Assembly: GCA_963732435.1 (NCBI GenBank)
Contig: CAVSZL010000013.1
Span: 19,161-83,160 of the forward strand
Reading direction: 5' to 3'
DNA length: 64,000 nt
From: an uncultured Bacteroidales bacterium
GTDB taxonomy: Bacteria; Bacteroidota; Bacteroidia; Bacteroidales; VadinHA17
Shown: piece after piece, positions 22,844 through 32,913 of the stretch
Position numbering within the stretch: the stretch's first letter is position 1
Layout: each line of letters starts with the position of its first letter
Position numbers and translations under genes: made by a program
Notes under the pieces: model-generated
The model's input: only the letters and a program-made list of their open reading frames with translations
What the model was told of the DNA's origin: nothing
Database searches by the model: none

Positions 22844-23031
22844 GGTCGGAAGTCCGAAATCGGAAGCCTGAAGTTTATAAAAAGCAATACCAAAATAAGC
22901 AAAACTTGATTACCCGGGCTAAATTGTACTATTAAATTCAATTATAGTATGACCAAATTTAAATTTTAAAACTATTATTGGCAAAAATCTTAATTCCCTG
23001 ACTTCTGAATTCGGTCTTCTGACTTCCGGCT
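22844..23031. repeat. Inverted pair of imperfect heptamer arrays (consensus AGTCnGA / TCnGACT)
   Basis: GGTCGGA AGTCCGA AATCGGA AGCCTGA at 22844-22871 and CCTGACT TCTGAAT TCGGTCT TCTGACT TCCGGCT at 22997-23031. Confidence 0.7.
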
Positions 23032-23128
23032 GATTAATCACACAACTCAAATGATCTATAACATACTTTTTAATATTTTAATATGATAATTCTTTTATAT
23101 GTTTGAAAAACTAAACCGGAATTAAATT

Positions 23129-25954
23129 ATGAAGTCAAAAATTACACTGCTGATACTGATATTTGTTGATATTCTATTGTCTGCGCAAAAGCCTCCGCTT
23201 GATCATACTTCTTATGATGGGTGGAATAACGTTAACTCTCAAAAAATATCAGATAATGGTACCTGGGTTACTTATATTATTTCTCCCCAGAAGGGTGATA
23301 GCTGGCTCCATATTTACAATGTTGTATCAGGAAAAAAAGACTCTGTTGTAAGAGGTAATAATGCAGTGTTTTCACCGGGAGAAAAGTATATTGCCTATAG
23401 TGTTGTACCATCATATTCTTCAATCCGTCAGGCAAAAAAGAAAAAACTTAAAGAAGATCAGATGCCCAAAAATATGCTGGAGATCAGAATAATACCTGAC
23501 CAGGATGTATTAAAGTTCGAAAGAGTTAAAACATTTGATGTTCCTGAAAAAAATTCATCTTGGATGGCATTCCTTCATGAAAAAAAGCTTTCTGATCCTA
23601 AACTGGCCAAAAGTGTAAAAGATTCCTCAAAAGTATCTGATCTTAATAATGCAAAAACCAAAAAACCTGCCGATTCCAAGGGTGCCGAATTAGTAATTAT
23701 TAATCCTTTAACCAGAAAAGATTATAAATTTCAGGATGTTTCATCTTATGTTGTTGCAAAAGATGGAAAGACAATTAGTTTCCTGCAATGCATATCTGAT
23801 ACAACAAAGGTTGATAACTACAGAGTAAATGTTTTTGAAACAGATAGCGAAGTGTCAAAAATTATCTTCGAAGGAAAGGGAATAGTGAAAAATTTAGCAT
23901 CTGACAGGGAGGGAGAGTTGGTTTCTTTCATCTATTCATCTGATACATCTAAAGTTAAGATCTTTGATTTGTGGCTTTCAAGGAATGGTAAAAATGCAGT
24001 TAAGTTAATTGAGGCTTCAAGTAAAGAAATGATTTACGGATGGGCAGTCAGTGAAAATAGTAACATAACATTCTCTGATGATGGAACCAGATTGTTTTTT
24101 GGAACCGCCAGGAAGCCTGTAAAAGAAGCTCCTGACACACTATTACCTGATGAAAAGTATAAGTTGGATATTTGGTCTTATAACGATGCGGTTCTTCAAC
24201 CAATGCAGAAGAAGCAGCTTGACCAGGAGTTGAAAAGAACATACCTGGCAGTATATCACATTGATAATGGCAAAATCTTTCAGCTAGCTGACACTTTAAT
24301 ACCTGTTGTAAGAACTTTTCAGAAGGGTAATAGCATTTTAGGAATTGGAACTTCAAATCTGAAGTATCTAAAGTCGTCATCATGGACTGGGAGAATATCT
24401 AATGATTATTTTTTCATTAATATAGAAACCGGTACGAAAACACTCGCACTGGAAGATTGCTCATCAGGAACATTTCTCTCTCCGACAGGCAAATATTTGT
24501 TGTATTGGAATAATGAAGATCTGGCATGGTATTCAATGAGAGTACCGGACAAGAAAATTATTAAGCTGGCAGCACCTTTGGATATACCGTTCCATGACGA
24601 GTATAATGATCTTCCTGATGATCCGAGACCTCATGGAATAGCTGGCTGGTTAGCTGATGAAAAACATGTCCTTATTTATGACAGATATGATATATGGTCC
24701 TTTGATCTTACTGGAAATGAACAACCTGTAAATTTGACAAACAATTACGGAAGGAAGAATGATCTCCGATTCAGATATAATAAACTCGATCCTGATGCAG
24801 ATTTTATTGATAAAAAAGAGAAAATTATTCTTTCAGCTTTCAACTATGGAGATAAATCAGCAGGATTCTATTCTTTGCTGCCAGACAAACCTTCAGACCC
24901 GACTAAACTTATTATGGAAAATGCTTCCTTTCCAGGAGAAATAATCAAAGCTAAAAATGCAGATTTTTTGATCTGGCAGAAAGGTGATTTCACTACATAC
25001 CCGGAATTATACATAAGTCAGATGAACCCGGCTATTGCCAAAAGAATCTCAGTTACCAATCCTCAGCAAAAATCATATAACTGGGGTACTGCAGAACTTT
25101 ATGAATGGATTTCTTTTGATTTGCAGCCATTACAGGGGATACTTTATAAACCTGAAGATTTTGACCCATCCAGGAAATACCCTATGATCGTGTATTTTTA
25201 TGAAAAAAGTTCCGATGGACTCTATAATTATATTTCTCCTGCCCCCAGTGCCTCTATTATAAACAGAACATTTGCAGTAAGCAATGGATATTTAGTTTTT
25301 GTGCCGGATATATCATATGAAATTGGTTATCCTGGACAGAGCTGTTATAATGCTGTTATAAGTGGAACTACTTCTCTGATGAATGAATTCGATTATATTG
25401 ATAAAGACAGGATTGGGATTGATGGCCAAAGTTGGGGCGGATACCAGATAGCATGGCTGGTTACCCAGACCGATCTCTTCAGATGTGCTTATGCCGGAGC
25501 TGTGGTAAGCAATATGACAAGTGCATATGGCGGAATAAGATGGGAAACCGGGATGAGCAGAATGTTTCAGTATGAGCATACACAAAGCAGGATAGGAGGG
25601 ACTCTTTGGGAAAAACCACTTCACTACATAGAGAATTCACCTATCTTTTTTGTTCCGAAGATCAACACACCCTTACTTCTTATGCATAATGATGCAGATG
25701 GTGCTGTCCCATGGTATCAGGGAATTGAGTTTATAACTGCTCTTCGCCGCCTCGACAAACCAGCATGGCTTCTCTCGTATAATGATGAAGCCCATAACCT
25801 TGTAAAAAGAGCAAACCGGATAGATATATCAATAAGGAAAATGCAGTTTTTTGACCATTATCTTAAAGGAAAACCTTTACCTTATTGGATGAAATCAGGT
25901 ATATCACAGCTTGAAAAAGGTAAGATTGATGGATATGATCTGATCGATGAATAA
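23129..25954 (+). CDS. S9 family (prolyl oligopeptidase-like) exported peptidase
   Basis: Signal peptide, beta-propeller region, GQSWGGY nucleophile, HNDADGAVP, EAHNL. Confidence 0.9.
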   Translation: MKSKITLLILIFVDILLSAQKPPLDHTSYDGWNNVNSQKISDNGTWVTYIISPQKGDSWLHIYNVVSGKKDSVVRGNNAVFSPGEKYIAYSVVPSYSSIRQAKKKKLKEDQMPKNMLEIRIIPDQDVLKFERVKTFDVPEKNSSWMAFLHEKKLSDPKLAKSVKDSSKVSDLNNAKTKKPADSKGAELVIINPLTRKDYKFQDVSSYVVAKDGKTISFLQCISDTTKVDNYRVNVFETDSEVSKIIFEGKGIVKNLASDREGELVSFIYSSDTSKVKIFDLWLSRNGKNAVKLIEASSKEMIYGWAVSENSNITFSDDGTRLFFGTARKPVKEAPDTLLPDEKYKLDIWSYNDAVLQPMQKKQLDQELKRTYLAVYHIDNGKIFQLADTLIPVVRTFQKGNSILGIGTSNLKYLKSSSWTGRISNDYFFINIETGTKTLALEDCSSGTFLSPTGKYLLYWNNEDLAWYSMRVPDKKIIKLAAPLDIPFHDEYNDLPDDPRPHGIAGWLADEKHVLIYDRYDIWSFDLTGNEQPVNLTNNYGRKNDLRFRYNKLDPDADFIDKKEKIILSAFNYGDKSAGFYSLLPDKPSDPTKLIMENASFPGEIIKAKNADFLIWQKGDFTTYPELYISQMNPAIAKRISVTNPQQKSYNWGTAELYEWISFDLQPLQGILYKPEDFDPSRKYPMIVYFYEKSSDGLYNYISPAPSASIINRTFAVSNGYLVFVPDISYEIGYPGQSCYNAVISGTTSLMNEFDYIDKDRIGIDGQSWGGYQIAWLVTQTDLFRCAYAGAVVSNMTSAYGGIRWETGMSRMFQYEHTQSRIGGTLWEKPLHYIENSPIFFVPKINTPLLLMHNDADGAVPWYQGIEFITALRRLDKPAWLLSYNDEAHNLVKRANRIDISIRKMQFFDHYLKGKPLPYWMKSGISQLEKGKIDGYDLIDE

Positions 25955-25973
25955 ATATAAAAAATAAGGTAAT

Positions 25974-27731
25974 ATGAAAAGAAGAACAATTAGTTATCTG
26001 GCTTTACGAATAATAGTTGTTATAATGCTGGTTTCCTGTTCGGAAACCGGATACAAATCTGTAAGCATCCTGCAGACAACAGATATTCATGGGGTCATTC
26101 TACCATATGATTATATTGAAAATAAAGAACTTGAAGCCTCTTTGGCATCCTCATTTACATATATCAAAAAACTGAATAAAGATCGGGATGCAATTATCCT
26201 ACTTGATAACGGAGATAACATCCAGGGACAACCTGCTGTATATTACTACAATTTCATCGATACAGTCTCTAACCACTTTTTATCTGAGGTAATGAACTTT
26301 ATGGGTTATGATGCAGCCACTGTTGGAAACCATGATATAGAGGCCGGCCATGCAGTATATGATAAACTGGTCAGAGAATACAACTTTCCCCTTATGGCAG
26401 CAAATGCAATTGATATTAGCACCGGAAAACCATATTTTAAACCCTACACCATATTAGTTAAAGACGGTATAAAGTTTGCTGTATTTGGCCTTGTTACACC
26501 TGCCATTCCAACATGGCTACCCCCGGAATTGTATAAGGGAATTGAATTCAGGGATATGGTTGAAACTGCAAAGGTTTGGATGCCGGTTATCCTTAATGAA
26601 AAACCGGATATTGTAATAGGACTCTTTCATTCAGGTTGGGACAGATCGAGAGAAGAATTGGAAAAGTTAGCTGGAATGAATGAAAATGGTTCAGCTGCAG
26701 TAGCATACAATGTACCTGGTTTTGATATAATTTTTTGTGGCCATGATCATAGAGTTGCAAATGAAAAGTTTGTTAATATAATTGGTGATACAATTCTGAT
26801 TCTGAATGGAGGGAGCAGATCAGAAAAAATTGCACAGGCAGATATTTTAATAAGTTCCTCAAAAATCAAAGGACAAAAACATAAAGTATTCGAAGGAAAG
26901 ATCATAAACATTGGTGAGTATGCACCGGATCCTGAATTTATGGATAAGTTCAAAAAAAATCATGCAGCTATTGAAAAATATGTAAGCAGGGTAATTGGTC
27001 AATCTTCTGCTGAGATAAGCTCCCGTGATGCTTATTTTGGACCTTCTGCCTTTGTAGATATGATACATTTAGCTCAGCTTGAAATAACTAAAGCAGATAT
27101 TTCCTTTGCAGCACCTCTGTCATTTGACGTCAGCATATCTAAAGGACCTGTTACTGTTTCAGACATGTTTAAGTTGTATAAATACGAAAATATGCTTTAT
27201 ACCATGAAATTGACAGGAGAGGAGATCAGAAAATATCTGGAATACTCATACGCTGAGTGGCTGAATTCCATGAGTGGTCCTGAGGATCTTTTACTTAATC
27301 TGAGAAGGACTAGCGATGGAAAACCATTACTGACTAATGGAAAAGCATGGTTTAAGAATCAATCATACAATTTTGATTCGGCTGCCGGAATTGATTATAT
27401 TGTTGATGTCAGTAAACCGGAAGGCTCAAGAATATCAATTACAGGTTTTTCCGATGGGCGACCATTTGTTTATGACCAATTCTATAATGTCGCGGTTAAT
27501 TCATATCGCGGAAACGGCGGCGGCGGTCATTTTATTGAAGGGGCTGGTATAAATAAGGACGAACTGAGATCAAGGCTGATTTCTTCAACAGACAGAGATC
27601 TGCGATATTATATTCTAAAATCAATAGAAGCTCAAAAAAAGATTGAACCGATAATCCTAAAAAACTGGAAAATAATACCCGAAAATTGGGTAAAAACTGC
27701 TTCCGAAAGGGAATATAAATTATTGTTCTGA
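25974..27731 (+). CDS. Bifunctional 2',3'-cyclic nucleotide phosphodiesterase / 5'-nucleotidase lipoprotein
   Basis: LVSC lipobox, TTDIHG, DNGDNIQG, GNHD, GHDH, NSYRGNGGG. Confidence 0.9.
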   Translation: MKRRTISYLALRIIVVIMLVSCSETGYKSVSILQTTDIHGVILPYDYIENKELEASLASSFTYIKKLNKDRDAIILLDNGDNIQGQPAVYYYNFIDTVSNHFLSEVMNFMGYDAATVGNHDIEAGHAVYDKLVREYNFPLMAANAIDISTGKPYFKPYTILVKDGIKFAVFGLVTPAIPTWLPPELYKGIEFRDMVETAKVWMPVILNEKPDIVIGLFHSGWDRSREELEKLAGMNENGSAAVAYNVPGFDIIFCGHDHRVANEKFVNIIGDTILILNGGSRSEKIAQADILISSSKIKGQKHKVFEGKIINIGEYAPDPEFMDKFKKNHAAIEKYVSRVIGQSSAEISSRDAYFGPSAFVDMIHLAQLEITKADISFAAPLSFDVSISKGPVTVSDMFKLYKYENMLYTMKLTGEEIRKYLEYSYAEWLNSMSGPEDLLLNLRRTSDGKPLLTNGKAWFKNQSYNFDSAAGIDYIVDVSKPEGSRISITGFSDGRPFVYDQFYNVAVNSYRGNGGGGHFIEGAGINKDELRSRLISSTDRDLRYYILKSIEAQKKIEPIILKNWKIIPENWVKTASEREYKLLF

Positions 27732-27812
27732 TAATTTTGCTGTAAAAGATGAGAGATTCATAAGTATAAATTATTTACTATTACCTTTAGAATTGATAAC
27801 TTTTAGAATATA

Positions 27813-28439
27813 GTGAATACTTCAGATATGAAAGATAGAGGATTGAGTCTCCCTTTAGTCGAGGAGTTTTTTTCATTGCAGGGTGAGGGTTATCAAACAG
27901 GCAAAGCAGCATATTTCATCAGATTAGGAGGTTGTGATGTTGGTTGCAGTTGGTGCGATTCCCGTTTTTCATGGGATCAGAATATCCATCCGCTTATAAA
28001 GACAGACTCTATTATTAATAGTATTTTAAACTCTGGCACAGATTCTGTTGTTGTTACCGGTGGGGAGCCACTAATGTGGAACCTTGATTACTTATGTTCA
28101 CATTTAAAGGATATGAATATTAATACATATCTGGAAACATCCGGAGCATATAAGTTGACTGGGAATTGGGATTGGATATGTCTTTCTCCGAAACAGAACA
28201 TGCCTCCTATACCTGAAATTTGCCTGATTGCAGATGAATTGAAAGTTATAATTGAAGAACCGGGAGATTTTGAGTGGGCTGAGAAATACAGATCTGTTGT
28301 TAATAAAAAGTGCAAGCTATATCTGCAACCTGAATGGAGCAGATTTGACAGGATTGTACCTGATATTATTATGTATATCAAGAAAAATCCGGCATGGCGC
28401 ATATCACTTCAGGTGCATAAATTTATGCATATACCTTAA
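27813..28439 (+). CDS. queE: 7-carboxy-7-deazaguanine synthase (radical SAM)
   Basis: FFSLQGEG, FIRLGGCDVGCSWCD, TGGEP, ETSG, LQP, SLQVHK. Confidence 0.9.
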   Translation: MNTSDMKDRGLSLPLVEEFFSLQGEGYQTGKAAYFIRLGGCDVGCSWCDSRFSWDQNIHPLIKTDSIINSILNSGTDSVVVTGGEPLMWNLDYLCSHLKDMNINTYLETSGAYKLTGNWDWICLSPKQNMPPIPEICLIADELKVIIEEPGDFEWAEKYRSVVNKKCKLYLQPEWSRFDRIVPDIIMYIKKNPAWRISLQVHKFMHIP

Positions 28440-30383
28440 ATGAATATGAAATATCTGATCATACTATTCATTTTTGTAATTCAGTTTATTACTGGGGTTA
28501 ATTCTTTTTCGCAGGGTCTACATACTTCATCAGGGAAGGCTTCCAAACTTTATCATGAAGGTCAATCAGCTTTTAATTTTCTTGATTTCAGAAATGCTGA
28601 AGATGCATTTAAGAAAGCTGTTACTATAGATACAATGTTTTATGAAGCTTATTTGATGCTGGGGGAGTTGACAGCTAAGGAAAGAAGATTTATTGAGTCA
28701 GCTGTATATTATAAGAAGGCAATAAAAATTGATTCACTATTCTTTAAACCTGTTTTCTTCAATGCTGCAAATTCGGAAATGATGTCAGGAGACTATAACA
28801 ATGCACTCATCCATTATAAAGTTTATCTGAGTCAGACAGGAATGTTAGAAAAAAACAAAAAAATAGCTGAAAAAAATGTCAAAGATTGTGAATTTGCGAT
28901 TTCTGCTATAAAAAATCCTGTCTTGTTTAATCCGGTGTCTGTCGGTAGTTCAATAAATACAAAAGATGATGAGTATTGGCCCTCATTAACAGCTGATAAT
29001 CAAACACTGATGTTTACACGGCAGTATTCTTCGGCAAATAGCCCGGGTGCTTCAGGACAGGTAAATGAGGATTTCTGGTTGAGTTATTTTTCCGGAAATA
29101 CATGGCAAGAGGCATTTAATGCGGGTCCTCCATTAAATACCAGACAGAACGAAGGTGCACAGTCTTTATCCTCAAATGGAAATTATATGTACTTCACTGC
29201 ATGTGACAGACCAGGAGGGATGGGAAGTTGTGATATTTATTTTTCAGCACTCGTGGATGGCAGATGGTCTGAACCATCAAATCTCAGATATCCGATAAAT
29301 TCTCCATCCTGGGAATCAACACCCTCGATCAGTGCAGACGGAAAATTATTGTTCTTTTCAAGTAGCCGTGCAGGTGGTTTGGGAGGCAAAGATATTTGGT
29401 ATTCGGTACTAAATTCTAAGAATGCCTGGAAAACTCCGGTAAACATGGGTAAAGAAATAAATACACCAGGTGATGAAATGTCTCCTTTTATCCATTTCGA
29501 CGGAAAGACTCTCTATTTTGCATCTAATGGAAGAGTAGGGATGGGTGGATTTGATATTTATATGACAAGGATGAATGAAGATAGTACCTGGACTGAGCCT
29601 CAAAATCTTGGTTATCCGATAAATACATTTAATGATGAGATGGGGCTGATTACAGAATCAAACGGGCAAAGGGCATATTTTTCATCGGTTCGTGATAAAT
29701 CAACTGGAAAGGATATCTTTTCTTTTGATCTTTATGAATCAGTCAGACCAAGTCCGGTTTCATATATCAAGGGGAAAGTTTATGATAAAAAAACCGGTAA
29801 AATACTTAAAGCAGATTATGAATTAATAAATCTGTCTACCGGAAATGTCAGTGTAAAAAGTTCTACTGATGGTGCAGGTAATTTTTTGGTTTGCCTCCCA
29901 TCCGGATATAATTATGGGATTAATGTGAGCAAACCAGGATATCTGTTTTATTCGGAAAGTTTTATGCTGGAAGGCGAACATACGGCTATGGAGCCATTTA
30001 TTAAAAAGGTAAGTCTGAGCCCTTTTAGTGTTGGGGCATCAATGGAACTTTCAAACGTTTTTTACGAAACCGATTCATGGGAATTGAAAGAAGAATCAAA
30101 ATCTGAATTAAATAATCTGGTTAGTCTTCTCAAAGCTAATAAAGACCTTATTATGGAAATAGGGGGCTACACAGATTCTACCGGATCAGCTGAATACAAC
30201 CAGATTCTGTCTGAAAAAAGAGCTTTGTCAGTTGTTTCATATTTGATACAAACTGGTATTTCTTCAGAAAGACTACATCATAAAGGATATGGAAATGCAT
30301 TCCCGATTGGCGACAATATGACTATTGAAGGTAGAAAGCTGAATAGAAGGACTGAGGCAAAAATTATTTCGAATAAAAACTAA
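28440..30383 (+). CDS. OmpA-family protein with TPR and PD40/WD40 repeats (PorE-like architecture)
   Basis: N-terminal TPRs, repeated INT..E..P.IS.DG..LYF.S, C-terminal OmpA domain (TDSTG, LSEKRA, NRRTE). Confidence 0.85.
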   Translation: MNMKYLIILFIFVIQFITGVNSFSQGLHTSSGKASKLYHEGQSAFNFLDFRNAEDAFKKAVTIDTMFYEAYLMLGELTAKERRFIESAVYYKKAIKIDSLFFKPVFFNAANSEMMSGDYNNALIHYKVYLSQTGMLEKNKKIAEKNVKDCEFAISAIKNPVLFNPVSVGSSINTKDDEYWPSLTADNQTLMFTRQYSSANSPGASGQVNEDFWLSYFSGNTWQEAFNAGPPLNTRQNEGAQSLSSNGNYMYFTACDRPGGMGSCDIYFSALVDGRWSEPSNLRYPINSPSWESTPSISADGKLLFFSSSRAGGLGGKDIWYSVLNSKNAWKTPVNMGKEINTPGDEMSPFIHFDGKTLYFASNGRVGMGGFDIYMTRMNEDSTWTEPQNLGYPINTFNDEMGLITESNGQRAYFSSVRDKSTGKDIFSFDLYESVRPSPVSYIKGKVYDKKTGKILKADYELINLSTGNVSVKSSTDGAGNFLVCLPSGYNYGINVSKPGYLFYSESFMLEGEHTAMEPFIKKVSLSPFSVGASMELSNVFYETDSWELKEESKSELNNLVSLLKANKDLIMEIGGYTDSTGSAEYNQILSEKRALSVVSYLIQTGISSERLHHKGYGNAFPIGDNMTIEGRKLNRRTEAKIISNKN

Positions 30384-30386
30384 AAA

Positions 30387-30417
30387 AAATGGCCATCTCA
30401 ATAAGAAACGGCCATTT
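30387..30417. terminator. Probable bidirectional terminator closing the peptide/anti-sigma/kinase transcript
   Basis: AAATGGCC ... GGCCATTT inverted repeat preceded by an A-run between convergent genes. Confidence 0.65.
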
Positions 30418-30461
30418 GCTTTCACAAAAAAATCAGACATTAAATTAACCTATATTGCTTT

Positions 30462-31223
30462 TCAGATTGCAATCATTTTATTCATATAATTATTGAAATT
30501 AATGTTGGAATTAGAAACCATCCGTGCAGGTATTGAAAAATAAATTCCTGACCCGGTAAGTCCATTGCACTCAACCCTGAATGTGCCACCTAACATTTTA
30601 ATTAATTTTTTAGCCAAGGAGATATTTATCGCCATATAAGTATCATTATGCCGAATGAGCGATTCATTCATATCTTCACTAAGGAAAAATTCCTTCGATT
30701 TAAAGTATCCATGACCTGAATCGAGGACATAAAAATTTAAAGTTTCGTTGCTAAAGTAGTATCCAATCTTAATATACCCTGATTTTGTGCTTTTTATTGA
30801 GTTTTGAAACAGACTTCGAATTACCCTGTAAACCCTGTTCTTGTCAATAAAAACCTCAACTGAATCATTAAACTGCACTTCTGTTACAAGCTCCAAATCT
30901 TTGCTATCTTCTTTTATTAATATTTCCCTGAATTCTTTAAAAAGATCATCAAGCATATTATCAAGTTTGCATGTTCCGGTCATTAGTTTTGAATTGCCGG
31001 TATCAATTATTGCTGAATCCAGGAAACTATCAAATAGCTCTATTAATTGTTCACATGAATGTAATATCTGGTTACTGAATTCTTCCCTGTCAGTGCTGGA
31101 ATAGGAATCATCTTTCATAAGAAAGGAGAATGCAACTATTGCATTCATCTGAGTTCTCATTTCATGTGACATCCCCGTTAATACCGTCGGACAGTTTATC
31201 ATATCATTCTTCAATGGATTCAT
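30462..31223 (-). CDS. Sensorless, degenerate histidine kinase-like protein (HisKA + atypical HATPase)
   Basis: H-box MSHEMRTQMNAI near residue 20, N-box-like FQNSIKST, G1 DSGHG; G2 GxGLGL replaced by YMAINI; no sensor or TM. Confidence 0.75.
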   Translation of the reverse strand: MNPLKNDMINCPTVLTGMSHEMRTQMNAIVAFSFLMKDDSYSSTDREEFSNQILHSCEQLIELFDSFLDSAIIDTGNSKLMTGTCKLDNMLDDLFKEFREILIKEDSKDLELVTEVQFNDSVEVFIDKNRVYRVIRSLFQNSIKSTKSGYIKIGYYFSNETLNFYVLDSGHGYFKSKEFFLSEDMNESLIRHNDTYMAINISLAKKLIKMLGGTFRVECNGLTGSGIYFSIPARMVSNSNINFNNYMNKMIAI

Positions 31224-31284
31224 ATCAATCCCCCCTAATAAGCCTTAAATAAGTTATATAAGAAGTCCAGAAAAACAGTACCTT

Positions 31285-32031
31285 TTATTTCATATTTTTC
31301 AGGATCTTTCTGGCATCATTTTTATATATGCCATCTTCTCTTTTAATTGCTTCAAAAAGTTGTTTTGCTTTAGCAGTTTCGTTGGTATTCAGATAGCATA
31401 GCGCCAGATACCATTCAGCCTGATCAATATAGAGGTTATTTTTATCATCTATAACAATCCCGAACGACTGCTTTGCTTCCGGATATTTACTATTCTCAAA
31501 ATTTGAGATCCCGTTTAATAAGGTGGACTGAATATCTTTCGGATTGCTGGCTACAACTTTACTGAACAAAAGAGCCGCATTCCTGAAATCATGAGCATTG
31601 TAATACTCCATCGCCAGATCCAGATCATTATTTGATTCTGTCAAAAGGGATCGTTGATTTGTTATTGGTTCATAAGTTTTGTAGTACCGGTCAATGATTT
31701 CCTCATTGGTAAGATTTTTCCCTGAAAAGAGAGCAATACTGCCAAATACAACAACACCTGCAACAACGGCAGCATACTTCATCGGTGATCGCTTTCTTTT
31801 GTTCTCAACTGGGATACTGCTTTCCCGCCTTTTTTCTATTGAGGAAAGTTTACTTCTTAATGATATAATATCCTGACTATCAAGGATCATATCAGTCTTT
31901 TTTCTGAGAAGAGTTTCTTTCCTGAGATTTTCATTGCCTTCCAGTTCTTTCTGGAACCATTTATTTTCTGAATCACTCATTTCTCCGGCATTATACCGTT
32001 CAATGAAATAAGAAAAATCTATTGTTTTCAT
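31285..32031 (-). CDS. Anti-sigma-factor-like single-pass membrane protein with C-terminal TPRs
   Basis: N-terminal IERYNAGEMSDSE..F..EL helix, basic KRKR then TM YAAVVAGVVVFGSIALF, TPR helices incl. AEWYLALCYL. Confidence 0.7.
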   Translation of the reverse strand: MKTIDFSYFIERYNAGEMSDSENKWFQKELEGNENLRKETLLRKKTDMILDSQDIISLRSKLSSIEKRRESSIPVENKRKRSPMKYAAVVAGVVVFGSIALFSGKNLTNEEIIDRYYKTYEPITNQRSLLTESNNDLDLAMEYYNAHDFRNAALLFSKVVASNPKDIQSTLLNGISNFENSKYPEAKQSFGIVIDDKNNLYIDQAEWYLALCYLNTNETAKAKQLFEAIKREDGIYKNDARKILKNMK

Positions 32032-32129
32032 GGATGTAAATATTTTAAATCAATTCTTTTCAATCAACTATTGTGGACATTCACAAGGAGTCAATGTCTG
32101 ATATAATAAAAAAATGAACTTATACTTTC

Positions 32130-32258
32130 TCAGATAATTATCGGAGGCTGGGTTGGCATTACTATCGGGTCACCATCACCACCACGTACGGCAATCATCT
32201 CATCATTTGAAAGTGTGAATTCATTCAGCAGGTCAATTGTCAGATTCAGGGTTTTCAT
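32130..32258 (-). CDS. Double-glycine-leader peptide precursor, copy 1 (42 aa)
   Basis: ATG..TGA encodes MKTLNLTIDLLNEFTLSNDEMIAVRGG-DGDPIVMPTQPPIII; LSxxEMxxVxGG leader; C39 ABC exporter nearby. Confidence 0.88.
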   Translation of the reverse strand: MKTLNLTIDLLNEFTLSNDEMIAVRGGDGDPIVMPTQPPIII

Positions 32259-32325
32259 AATTTATATTTTTATATTTTTATTCAGGGTAATTCGAAGTCT
32301 TTCTTTAATTGTTTGAATGTTATTC

Positions 32326-32454
32326 TCAGATAATTATCGGAGGCTGGGTTGGCATTACTATCGGGTCACCATCACCACCACGTACGGCAATCATCTCATC
32401 ATTTGAAAGTGTGAATTCATTCAGCAGGTCTATTGTAAGGTTCAGGGTTTTCAT
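32326..32454 (-). CDS. Double-glycine-leader peptide precursor, copy 2 (42 aa)
   Basis: Same peptide; three synonymous changes relative to copy 1. Confidence 0.88.
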   Translation of the reverse strand: MKTLNLTIDLLNEFTLSNDEMIAVRGGDGDPIVMPTQPPIII

Positions 32455-32521
32455 AATTTATATTTTTATATTTTTATTCAGGGTAATTCGAAGTCTTTCT
32501 TTAATTGTTTGAATGTTATTC

Positions 32522-32650
32522 TCAGATAATTATCGGAGGCTGGGTTGGCATTACTATCGGGTCACCATCACCACCACGTACGGCAATCATCTCATCATTT
32601 GAAAGTGTGAATTCATTCAGCAGGTCTATTGTAAGGTTCAGGGTTTTCAT
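32522..32650 (-). CDS. Double-glycine-leader peptide precursor, copy 3 (42 aa)
   Basis: Identical to copy 2. Confidence 0.85.
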   Translation of the reverse strand: MKTLNLTIDLLNEFTLSNDEMIAVRGGDGDPIVMPTQPPIII

Positions 32651-32717
32651 AATTTATATTTTTATATTTTTATTCAGGGTAATTCGAAGTCTTTCTTTAA
32701 TTGTTTGAATGTTATTC

Positions 32718-32846
32718 TCAGATAATTATCGGAGGCTGGGTTGGCATTACTATCGGGTCACCATCACCACCACGTACGGCAATCATCTCATCATTTGAAA
32801 GTGTGAATTCATTCAGCAGGTCTATTGTAAGGTTCAGGGTTTTCAT
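32718..32846 (-). CDS. Double-glycine-leader peptide precursor, copy 4 (42 aa)
   Basis: Identical to copy 2. Confidence 0.85.
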   Translation of the reverse strand: MKTLNLTIDLLNEFTLSNDEMIAVRGGDGDPIVMPTQPPIII

Positions 32847-32913
32847 AATTTATATTTTTATATTTTTATTCAGGGTAATTCGAAGTCTTTCTTTAATTGT
32901 TTGAATGTTATTC

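Noticed and set aside
27813-28439. Radical SAM gene as the peptide maturase
   Set aside because: It is a short QueE-type protein with no RRE or SPASM domain, in a housekeeping operon beyond a terminator
32130-32174. Core as a lanthipeptide, lasso peptide or other modified RiPP
   Set aside because: No Cys, no Asp/Glu at core positions 7-9, and no modifying enzyme in the locus
32309-32904. Three 67-aa plus-strand ORFs (MFECYSQIII...) in the ORF track
   Set aside because: They have TTG starts, span repeat junctions and carry no recognisable motif; they are antisense to ATG-initiated GG-leader ORFs that match the nearby C39 exporter
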